DNA from: Candidatus Aldehydirespirator catecholifindens
GTDB taxonomy: Bacteria; Actinomycetota; Acidimicrobiia; Acidimicrobiales; Aldehydirespiratoraceae
DNA: 64,000 nucleotides
NCBI GenBank assembly: GCA_028283245.1
Contig: JAPYNU010000057.1
Span: 2,075 to 66,074 of the forward strand
Direction of reading: 5' to 3'
In this document: piece by piece, positions 55,983 through 64,000 of the stretch
Numbering within the stretch: the first letter of the stretch is position 1
How the letters are laid out: every line of letters begins with the position of its first letter
Position numbers and translations under genes: made by a program
Notes under the pieces: generated by a model
Told to the model about the DNA's origin: nothing
Seen by the model: the letters and a program-made list of their open reading frames with translations, nothing else
The model's database searches: none

Positions 55983-56249
55983 ATGAGCTACACCGAAGCC
56001 GAAGTGTCTGCAGCCGTTGTGCGAATGGACAAATATCGGTCGGGACTTGACTACGAGATCGGGACCGCTCTCGCCGTGGTCGGACTGAGTGCCGAGCGCG
56101 CCGACAAAGAACGCGCAATCCGCGGCGACATGATCTGGATCGCTCACCAAGCTGGTGCATCGCTGAGACAGATCGCAGAGGCATCGGGACTCGGGCGCAG
56201 GACCGTGACCGCTATTGTCGAAAGGGCTTCAGCCCGAACTGACAGTTAG
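55983..56249 (+). CDS. Small helix-turn-helix protein
   Basis: GGAGG RBS; AHQAGASLRQIAEASGLGRRTVTAIV HTH. Confidence 0.75.
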   Translation: MSYTEAEVSAAVVRMDKYRSGLDYEIGTALAVVGLSAERADKERAIRGDMIWIAHQAGASLRQIAEASGLGRRTVTAIVERASARTDS

Positions 56250-58585
56250 CTGTTGGTGGGGCGGGGCATGGCTACTACGGCTACGTTGGCGGGGCATTGT
56301 TCCAGCACTGTCTCCACTGTGTGACCCAAAAACGGCCTGCCGTCCACATTGCGCAACGAAGCACCCAACACCACCAGATCAGCCTCCTGCTCAGCCGCCA
56401 CAGTCACCAATGTTGAGGCTGCCGTAGCACCTTCAGACACCAGAGTGCGTGCCTCAACACCCATCTCAGCTCCCCGAGCCTGCGCTTCATCCATGAGAGC
56501 TTCCACCACCTGGCGATTACCGACAGGCGATGCCGACTCACCGAGCACACGAGCCGCCAGCCTGCTGCGGGCCAGTCGCCTCGGCAGCATCTGCATCTCA
56601 GCCCGAGAACGCTGCGTCACATGAGTGAGCACCACCTCGGTTCCCAGCTGGCTGCTCACCCCGAAAGCCACCTCTTGAGCCGCACTTGAAGACCGCGTCC
56701 CCGTCACCGGCACAATCGCACGAGTGAAAGCTCCTGGCAGTGGTGTCTCCAAACCCATCGCGCGCCTGACGATCAACACTGGAAGCGGCGAGTTCAACAA
56801 CAGTTCATCAACCAGCGGCGAGTAAAGCTGCTCATCGTGACGGCCCGCCACCCCCACACAAATCACCCCGTAACCGAGACGAGCCTCAGCCACAATCGCA
56901 TCAGCCACAGCAGCCGCCCCCGAAACCACCCCTAGACCCGCCTCTGAACCCGAAACCCGCACTTGGCGATGATCTACCTCCCGACCGTCAAGCACGCTGC
57001 GGATGATGGTGATGTCAGGCCACTGACTGCTAGCCGAAACGCTCTCAACGGCACCCGTAACACCAGCAGCACCAACAGCACCACCAGAATCGGTCACGGA
57101 ACTCTCCCCTTGTAATCTGCCAGAGATTCCTGCCGGACCTTTGTCAGCAGCTTTGTCAGGCGTGACCGAAATCACCGTTGCAGGCACTTGCATCGGCCAA
57201 GCGAAATGCATCAGTTGAGCAGCCGCAATAGACGCAGGCTCAGACCTCGAAGCCAGCAACAACCTAGAAGAACGCACCACAAGGTTGCGACTCAAAGCCT
57301 CTTCACGCTCTAAGCGCTCAACCTCTTCGGGCGAACCGATCCAGTCACGCACCACCAGACGCAGACTGACAGCAGCAAAGATCGAAGTCACTAGCGGCAC
57401 CAGCACGATCACGGTGTAGGCCGTCTCACTAAACACACCCAAAGACAACCCGACAGAAGCAATCACGATCTCAAGCGCGCCACGAGCGTTAAGTCCCGCC
57501 CCCAGCGCTGAAGCGGCTCGCCGTGACTGGCCCGCAAGCCTGGCACCCACAAACGCACCAGCGAACTTGGCGACAATCGCCACCACCATCACAGCCCCTG
57601 CCCAGATCAGCGCTTCGCTGTCGCCCAGCAGACCAAGATCCATACGCAGCCCGGCCATAGCAAAAAACACCGGCGCAAGAAAAGCGTTGGTGAGCGACTC
57701 AATGTGCTGCACCACTTCGTGCTGCTGAAAACGCGACCGGTTCAACACAACTCCAGCCACGAACGCCCCTAGCACAGCTTCGATGCCTAACGCCTGGGTA
57801 GCCACCCCGAACACCAGCATGGTTATCACCGCAAGGCTCAGCGCGCCGTGCAGGTTGGGGCCGTCACGGCGAATCCGACGCAAACCGGCATCCACGACAC
57901 GCTGCCCCAGCGTCATCGCCAAAATCAAAAAAGCCGCCAAACCCACCACGGTGCGCAAGGTGGCACCCAGCGACACTTCACCCGCCGTGGCAAAACCCGT
58001 GAACACGGCAAGCATCACCCAGCCGACCACATCGTTAGCCATACCAGCGGCCACAGTGATCTGCCCGAAGTCACGCCGCATCAGGCCCAGCTCCGACAAG
58101 ATCCTTGCGATTACCGCAAGCGCCGACACCGACAAGGCCGCAGCAACAAACAGCGCAAACACTGTTCGGTCGGCGCCTCCGCCCACGAAATCATCAGGCA
58201 ACAACAAGCCCGTCACCAAGCCTCCAGCCAACGGCACCACCAGACTGAATCCGGTCACCAAAGCCGCAGCACGACCGAGGCGTCGGATCAGCTCCAAGTC
58301 GGTCTCAAAGCCAGCAGTTACCAGCAGCAGCGCCACACCGAGCCATGTGACGGCAAAAAGCGCTCCAGATGAGATCACCTCATCGGGGATGAACCATCCG
58401 AAACCGCTCGGCCAAACCGCGCCGAACACCGACGGGCCGAGCACCACTCCTGCACCTAGCTGGCCTATAACCGAAGGCAAACCCATTCGACGCGTCACGT
58501 AGCCCAGCGCCCGTGCCGCCGCCACAAGCACCAGCAGCTGGGTCCAAAACACCAGCAACGCGTGCTCATCAAGTGGTGTCAGCAT
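56246..58585 (-). CDS. Cation:proton antiporter (CPA2) with C-terminal universal-stress-protein domains
   Basis: GVVLGPS, SVSALAVIARIL, AGMANDVVGW, LNARGALE; ADLVVLG...FLGHTVETVL USP motif. Confidence 0.9.
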   Translation of the reverse strand: MLTPLDEHALLVFWTQLLVLVAAARALGYVTRRMGLPSVIGQLGAGVVLGPSVFGAVWPSGFGWFIPDEVISSGALFAVTWLGVALLLVTAGFETDLELIRRLGRAAALVTGFSLVVPLAGGLVTGLLLPDDFVGGGADRTVFALFVAAALSVSALAVIARILSELGLMRRDFGQITVAAGMANDVVGWVMLAVFTGFATAGEVSLGATLRTVVGLAAFLILAMTLGQRVVDAGLRRIRRDGPNLHGALSLAVITMLVFGVATQALGIEAVLGAFVAGVVLNRSRFQQHEVVQHIESLTNAFLAPVFFAMAGLRMDLGLLGDSEALIWAGAVMVVAIVAKFAGAFVGARLAGQSRRAASALGAGLNARGALEIVIASVGLSLGVFSETAYTVIVLVPLVTSIFAAVSLRLVVRDWIGSPEEVERLEREEALSRNLVVRSSRLLLASRSEPASIAAAQLMHFAWPMQVPATVISVTPDKAADKGPAGISGRLQGESSVTDSGGAVGAAGVTGAVESVSASSQWPDITIIRSVLDGREVDHRQVRVSGSEAGLGVVSGAAAVADAIVAEARLGYGVICVGVAGRHDEQLYSPLVDELLLNSPLPVLIVRRAMGLETPLPGAFTRAIVPVTGTRSSSAAQEVAFGVSSQLGTEVVLTHVTQRSRAEMQMLPRRLARSRLAARVLGESASPVGNRQVVEALMDEAQARGAEMGVEARTLVSEGATAASTLVTVAAEQEADLVVLGASLRNVDGRPFLGHTVETVLEQCPANVAVVAMPRPTNS

Positions 58586-59367
58586 GGGTCCTTAAGGTCA
58601 ACCAGCACAGGAGCATGATCGCTGGGTGGATCATCTTTGGGGCCTTTGCGCTCGTTGCGGTCGATCAGCACGAAATCAGTGGCCTCAACAACACGACGGC
58701 TACCCAACGCAAGATCAATACGCATCCCTTTGCGTTTGTGGAAGTCACCTCCGCGATAATCCCACCAGCTAAAAAGCCCGCCGTCGTGATGATGTTCACG
58801 GAACACGTCCACGAGCCCCCAATCCAGCAGGCTTAACAGCCGCTGACGCTCAGCATCGCTGGTGTGGGTGGTGCCGACGAACTGTGCAGGGTCATGCACA
58901 TCACGGTCATCTGGGGCGACATTGAAATCTCCGCACACCAAAACCGGCATATCGGGATGGGCTTGCACATCAAGCGACGCTCGCAACCGCTGAAGCCAAT
59001 CAAGTTTGTACCGATAGTGATCATGGCCGAGAGCACGTCCGTTGGGCACATAACACGATGCCACCCGCACCCCACCGCAGGTAGCCCACACAAGACGAGC
59101 TTCGCTGTCGGGTTCAATACCCTCGCCGAAGCCGCGCACTGGGTCGTCAAGTCCTACCCTGCTCAGCAACGCAACACCGTTCCAGCGCCCCTCGCCGTTG
59201 TGGATGCATTCATAACCAAAAGACCCGAAGTCCAGCTCAGCGAACGCATCATCCGCGAGCTTGGTCTCTTGGAGGCACAGCACATCAGGCTCAAACGCCT
59301 CAATCCAGCGCTCCACCCGGCTTAGGCGCGCTTTTAGCGAGTTGACATTCCAAGTGACCACCCGCAC
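58579..59367 (-). CDS. xth: Exodeoxyribonuclease III (likely GTG start at 59367)
   Basis: TWNVNS, LQETK, YVPNG, GDFNVAP, SWWDYR, RIDL, SDHAPV. Confidence 0.95.
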   Translation of the reverse strand: MRVVTWNVNSLKARLSRVERWIEAFEPDVLCLQETKLADDAFAELDFGSFGYECIHNGEGRWNGVALLSRVGLDDPVRGFGEGIEPDSEARLVWATCGGVRVASCYVPNGRALGHDHYRYKLDWLQRLRASLDVQAHPDMPVLVCGDFNVAPDDRDVHDPAQFVGTTHTSDAERQRLLSLLDWGLVDVFREHHHDGGLFSWWDYRGGDFHKRKGMRIDLALGSRRVVEATDFVLIDRNERKGPKDDPPSDHAPVLVDLKDPC

Positions 59368-59414
59368 AACCGCGACCCTATCGGAGCTGTCAAGCGGCAA
59401 CTAGGATCACAACC

Positions 59415-62400
59415 ATGCAAGGTCCGGCGCGTTCTGAGGCGCGTTCTGAAACCAGCGAATCTTTGGGGGCAAACGCCTGGATCATCGACGAGATGCGCGA
59501 ACTCTGGGAGGACAACCCCGACTCGGTTGACGAATCGTGGCGCGCCCTGTTCGACAATGAGGCCTCTGAGGTTTCGACCAATCCCGCTCGGAGCGACTCA
59601 GCCAGCTCCGCCGACACCGACACCGGTGCAACCACCACAATCGAAGCCACAGCCACCGAAGTCGCCTCGCCTGTGACCACTACGGAACCCTCCGCTGCGA
59701 CAGCTCCCACCAACACCGCACCCGCAGCCAAGCAAGCCGCCACCCGCGTTGAGCAGCCTCAAGGGCAAGACGATCCCGATGATCAGGCCACAGAAACCAC
59801 ACAAGACGCAGCGCCCGCAGATCACACACAAGACGCAGATCACACACGAGCCGCAGATCACACACGAGCCGTATCACCATCAGATACCACAAAAGCACCA
59901 ATGCAAACCGATCCCGAAGGGGAACTGATTAGAGGTATCGGCGCTCGCATCGTCGACAACATGGAAGCCAGCTTGGCTGTGCCCACCGCCACAAGCTTCC
60001 GTGACATCCCCGCCAAGCTCATAGAGGTCAATCGCAAGATCATCAACGGTCACTTGAGCCGCAAAATGATGCGGAAGATTTCTTTCACGCACTTGATCGG
60101 CTTTGCGGTGGTGAGAGCTATCAGCGAAACGATCCCGGTCATGAACAGCATCTACAGCCGAGACGCTCAAGGCAGGCCGCGCATCGCACGACCCGACCAC
60201 ATCGGGCTCGGTGTCGCAGTCGACATTGAGCGTAAAGACGGCAGCCGGACGCTGATGGTGCCATGCATCCACGAAGCCGACAGCCTCAACTTTGCGGATT
60301 TCGTAGAACGCTACGACGACCAGATAACCAAAGTTCGCAATAACGCAATCAGCCCTGAAGACCTTCAAGGTGTCACCGTCACCATCACTAATCCGGGCAC
60401 TATCGGCACCAGACAGTCGGTGCCGCGCCTGATGTCCGGCCAAGGCACGATCGTCGGTGTGGGAGCGCTGGCATTCCCAACCGAATACGAGGCCGCTGAT
60501 CCGTCGCTGCTGGCTGACCTAGGGGTCAGCAAACTGGTGACGATCAGCAGCACCTATGACCATCGGGTCATCCAGGGTGCCGAATCGGGAATTTTCCTGC
60601 AACGAGTGCATGATCTGCTGCTGGGTGCCGACGACTTCTACGGCGCTGCCTTTAGGTCGCTGCATATCCCCTATGAAGCGGTCAAGTGGCATCGCGACTT
60701 CAACCCGGTGGACCGTGAAGCCGCCATGCTTGAAAAGCAGGCCAAAGTCAACCAGCTGATCAATCAGTATCGGGTGCGAGGGCATCTCATCGCTGATCTC
60801 AACCCGCTACGCGACGAAGCGCCAGACATGCACGCCGAACTTGATCCAGCCACCTACGGGCTGACGATCTGGGATCTGGACCGAGAGTTTTTGACCGGCA
60901 GCGACACCGGCATCTATGCGACCGTCGGGCCGAAGCTCCGTATGAAGCTCGGCGACCTGCTCGGCGTGCTGCGTGATGCCTATTGCCGCAATGTCGGCGT
61001 GGAATACATGCACATCCAAGACCCGGCTGAGAAACGCTGGATCCAAGAACAGATTGAGGGTGCCGACACCACGCTCAAATCCGATGACCAGCAGCGCATT
61101 CTCAGCCAACTCAACGCCGCAGAAGCGCTCAGCAATTTTTTGGGCACCAAATATGTCGGCCAGAAGCGCTTCGGCCTTGAAGGTGCCGAGTCCACCATTC
61201 CCTTGATTGATGCACTGTTGACGTGTGCAGCCGATGCTCCCATGGCTGAAGTGGTGATGGGAATGGCCCACAGGGGGCGACTCAATGTGCTGGTCAACCT
61301 GGCAGGCAAGACCTACCACGAACTGTTCAAAGAGTTCGAGGGTGCCATCACCGAAGACCAGATCCAAGGCAGCGGCGATGTCAAATATCACCTAGGGCAG
61401 ATAGCCGCCTACGAAAGCCCTTCAGGCAATCATCTGCTGGTGGAGTTGGCGGCCAACCCCTCACACCTAGAGGCCGTAGACCCGGTGGTGGTTGGCATGG
61501 CACGGGCTCGCCTAGACAACATCGAAGAATCGGGCAGCTACAGCCCCTATGCAGTGCTGCCGCTGCTGATTCACGGCGACGCTGCCTTCGCAGGCCAAGG
61601 CGTGGTCGCCGAAACCTTCAACTTGAGCCTGATTGACGGTTACCGCGTCGGGGGCACCATTCATCTGGTGATCAACAACCAGCTCGGCTTCACTACCACA
61701 CCCGACTCTGCACGCTCCACTCAATACTCAACCGACGTGGCCAAAATGGTGGGCGCGCCGATCTTTCATGTCAACGGCGACGACCCCGAGGCCTGCGTGC
61801 GAGTCGCTCGCATGGCTTTCGCCTACCGCCAGCGATTCAACAAAGATGCCGTGATTGACATGATCTGCTACCGACGTCACGGCCACAACGAAGCCGATGA
61901 CCCCAGCTACACACTGCCGGAGATGTACCGCCGCATTGATGCTAAACCCTCGGTGCGTACCCAATACCGGCAGTCGCTGCTTAAACGGGGCGACATCAGC
62001 GAAGTCGAAGCGGATGCCTCACTGGAGGAATACCGCGAGCAGCTGCAAACTGCCCTTGATGAGACCCGCCACGCCTCAGGCAGTCAGAACGTCAGAGCCC
62101 GACGTCAGCCTGAACCGCTTGGCGTGATGCCCCATGTGCGCACCGCCGTCGACTCGGTCACTGTGGAGCGTGTCTTTGAGGCTCTAAACACTCTGCCCGA
62201 CGGATTCACTATTCATCCCAAGCTGGCCCGACAGTTTGAGCAGCGCAACCAAGCTTTCAGCAACGGCGAACTCGACTGGGGTGTTGGTGAAGCCATGGCC
62301 TTCGGGTCGCTGCTGATTGAAGGCACCACTGTGCGACTCAGCGGCCAAGACAGCCGACGAGGCACCTTCTCGCATCGCCATTCCACCCTGGTGGACTACT

Positions 62401-63308
62401 TGACTGGCGAGGAGCATGTGCCGCTAGCGAAACTGTGCGGACCGGGCACGCAGTTGTGGATTTATGACTCGCTGCTGTCGGAGTACGCCGCTTTGGGATT
62501 TGAGTACGGCTATGCGGTTGCCAAACCCGAGGCTTTGGTGATGTGGGAAGCTCAATTCGGTGACTTCGCTAACGGTGCGCAGATAATCATTGACCAGTTC
62601 ATCGTGGCCGCAGAAGACAAATGGAGCCAGAACTGCGGAATCGTGTTGCTGTTGCCTCACGGGATGGAAGGCCAAGGCCCTGAGCATTCCTCAGCGCGCA
62701 TTGAGCGATTTTTGACTTTGTCCGCAGAAGACAACATGCATGTCTGCCAGCCGACCACATCGGGGCAGTACTTCCATCTGCTGCGACGCCAGATGATCCA
62801 TCGTGTGCGTAAGCCGTTGATCGTGTTCACTCCCAAATCGCTGCTGCGCGCCAAGTCGGCACGCTCAAAGGTGTCTGAGCTTTCGTCGGGCACATTTGAG
62901 GAGGTGCTCGCGGACCCGGCCATCGAAGCAGAAACCCTTGATGCCGAGGCCGTTACTCGGGTGATCTTTTGCAGCGGAAAAGTGGCTTATGCGGCAATGG
63001 AGTTACGCGACGAGCACTCCGCTCCCCTGGCGGTATGTCGCATTGAGCAGCTCTATCCATGGCCTTACGGTGCGGTGGACTACGAACTGCGGCGCTATCC
63101 GAACGCGTCGGAGATCATCTGGCTGCAGGAAGAACCCGAGAACATGGGTGCCTGGAACGCTGTCAAAGGGCGGCTCTATGAGGCCCACGGCGACAACTAC
63201 AGCATCCGCCGAGTCAGTCGGCCCGAGTCGGGCAGTCCCGCTGGTGGCAGCCCTACCGTGCATGCCCAAGAACAGCAAGACCTTCTCAACGCGGCGGTGC
63301 TGGCCTGA
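59415..63308 (+). CDS. kgd: Multifunctional 2-oxoglutarate decarboxylase / E1-E2 fusion
   Basis: N-terminal GANAWIIDEM, E2-like TYDHRVIQG, GMAHRGRLN, HGDAAFAGQG, WEAQFGDF, GQGPEHSS. Confidence 0.96.
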   Translation: MQGPARSEARSETSESLGANAWIIDEMRELWEDNPDSVDESWRALFDNEASEVSTNPARSDSASSADTDTGATTTIEATATEVASPVTTTEPSAATAPTNTAPAAKQAATRVEQPQGQDDPDDQATETTQDAAPADHTQDADHTRAADHTRAVSPSDTTKAPMQTDPEGELIRGIGARIVDNMEASLAVPTATSFRDIPAKLIEVNRKIINGHLSRKMMRKISFTHLIGFAVVRAISETIPVMNSIYSRDAQGRPRIARPDHIGLGVAVDIERKDGSRTLMVPCIHEADSLNFADFVERYDDQITKVRNNAISPEDLQGVTVTITNPGTIGTRQSVPRLMSGQGTIVGVGALAFPTEYEAADPSLLADLGVSKLVTISSTYDHRVIQGAESGIFLQRVHDLLLGADDFYGAAFRSLHIPYEAVKWHRDFNPVDREAAMLEKQAKVNQLINQYRVRGHLIADLNPLRDEAPDMHAELDPATYGLTIWDLDREFLTGSDTGIYATVGPKLRMKLGDLLGVLRDAYCRNVGVEYMHIQDPAEKRWIQEQIEGADTTLKSDDQQRILSQLNAAEALSNFLGTKYVGQKRFGLEGAESTIPLIDALLTCAADAPMAEVVMGMAHRGRLNVLVNLAGKTYHELFKEFEGAITEDQIQGSGDVKYHLGQIAAYESPSGNHLLVELAANPSHLEAVDPVVVGMARARLDNIEESGSYSPYAVLPLLIHGDAAFAGQGVVAETFNLSLIDGYRVGGTIHLVINNQLGFTTTPDSARSTQYSTDVAKMVGAPIFHVNGDDPEACVRVARMAFAYRQRFNKDAVIDMICYRRHGHNEADDPSYTLPEMYRRIDAKPSVRTQYRQSLLKRGDISEVEADASLEEYREQLQTALDETRHASGSQNVRARRQPEPLGVMPHVRTAVDSVTVERVFEALNTLPDGFTIHPKLARQFEQRNQAFSNGELDWGVGEAMAFGSLLIEGTTVRLSGQDSRRGTFSHRHSTLVDYLTGEEHVPLAKLCGPGTQLWIYDSLLSEYAALGFEYGYAVAKPEALVMWEAQFGDFANGAQIIIDQFIVAAEDKWSQNCGIVLLLPHGMEGQGPEHSSARIERFLTLSAEDNMHVCQPTTSGQYFHLLRRQMIHRVRKPLIVFTPKSLLRAKSARSKVSELSSGTFEEVLADPAIEAETLDAEAVTRVIFCSGKVAYAAMELRDEHSAPLAVCRIEQLYPWPYGAVDYELRRYPNASEIIWLQEEPENMGAWNAVKGRLYEAHGDNYSIRRVSRPESGSPAGGSPTVHAQEQQDLLNAAVLA
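59816..59869. repeat. 18-bp x3 coding repeat in the Kgd linker
   Basis: cgcagatcacacac(aaga/gagc) x3 (ADHTQD/ADHTRA). Confidence 0.88.
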
Positions 63309-64000
63309 GCGCTACAGAACCGGCTCTAGACGACCACCGCTTGGCAGCAGAATTGGCGCACAAGGCTGGCGAGTTGCTCGTGGAACTGCAGGCGCAGCTA
63401 ACCGCTCGAGGAGTAATAGGCCCAGAGCTAGGAGCTGAAGGTGACCGGCAGTCTCACGAGCTACTAGCGCAACAGTTAGCTGCGGCGCGCCCCGGCGACG
63501 CTGTGCTGTCCGAGGAGGGTGACGACGACTACTCACGTCTCAATGCTGAACGGGTCTGGGTGATTGACCCACTTGATGGCACCGAGCAATATTGCTGGCC
63601 GCCGCGTGTGGACTGGGCGGTTCATGTGGCGCTAGTGATCGACCATCGTCCCGTGGCGGGAGCGGTGGCGCTGCCAGCGCTGGGACGGGTGTTCTCAACG
63701 GCTGATCCGCCTCCGATGCCCGAAAGGCGCGACGGTCCCGTTCGGATGGTGGTGTCACGTAAACGCGTCACTCAAAAAGCTCATGCTGTAGCAGTCGCGC
63801 TAGATGCAGAGATCACTCCGCTGGGTTCAGCAGGTGCTAAAGCAATGGCAGTGGTCTCGGGAGAAGCTGACATGTATGTGCATACTGGCGGTCAATACGA
63901 GTGGGACTCATGTGCTCCCGTAGCAGTGGCTGAGTCTGCGGGATTTGCAACCAGCCGCATCAACGGTTCGCCTCTCCTCTATAACCAGGCTGACTGCTAC
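63305..64000 (+). CDS. cysQ: 3'(2'),5'-bisphosphate nucleotidase CysQ (runs off window end)
   Basis: DDHRLAAELAHKAG, GDRQSH, DAVLSEE, VWVIDPLDGT, DWAVHVAL, GSAGAK, YEWDSCAP; start CTG 63305 or TTG 63341. Confidence 0.9.
   Translation, partial: MSATEPALDDHRLAAELAHKAGELLVELQAQLTARGVIGPELGAEGDRQSHELLAQQLAAARPGDAVLSEEGDDDYSRLNAERVWVIDPLDGTEQYCWPPRVDWAVHVALVIDHRPVAGAVALPALGRVFSTADPPPMPERRDGPVRMVVSRKRVTQKAHAVAVALDAEITPLGSAGAKAMAVVSGEADMYVHTGGQYEWDSCAPVAVAESAGFATSRINGSPLLYNQADCY

Noticed and set aside
51661-56249. Integron cassette array
   Set aside because: Gene content is cassette-like, but I found no RYYYAAC...GTTRRRY attC structures and no IntI; the only tyrosine recombinase is a chromosomal XerC type.
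1-64000. tRNA, rRNA, SRP RNA or IS transposase genes
   Set aside because: None recognised by eye; tRNAscan-SE or Infernal would be needed to exclude them formally.

Overview
GC-rich actinobacterial chromosome segment, probably Acidimicrobiia (inferred from gene content and style). It carries the 5' part of a form I CO dehydrogenase operon (coxMSL, AYRCSFR motif) and an ABC importer whose two ATPase domains are fused to a double permease and to an MFS transporter. Most of the rest is a long, mainly minus-strand housekeeping run: xerC-dprA-comM-yraN-rplS-trmD-rimM-khpA-rpsP-ffh-ftsY-htrA, then smc-mutM-rnc-acpP-plsX-rpmF-coaD-rsmD-recG-DAK2. Further along are a TPP-riboswitch thiBPQ operon, uvrD and dinG helicases, a ~4.5 kb accessory islet (NYN, DUF2188, VOC, DUF4258/DUF2283, UDG-like, HNH remnant, hicAB), xth, kgd and a partial cysQ. 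Main unexplained signals: (1) tiny unannotated bridge ORFs that start in one gene's stop codon and end in the next gene's start codon at several operon junctions; (2) a promoter plus ~40-nt terminated hairpin RNA right behind an NYN ribonuclease gene; (3) an Fpg/MutM homologue that has lost its catalytic residues; (4) paired AT-rich palindromes and a duplicated gene start in the accessory islet; (5) the MFS-ABC hybrid transporter. All calls are by eye; no searches were run.
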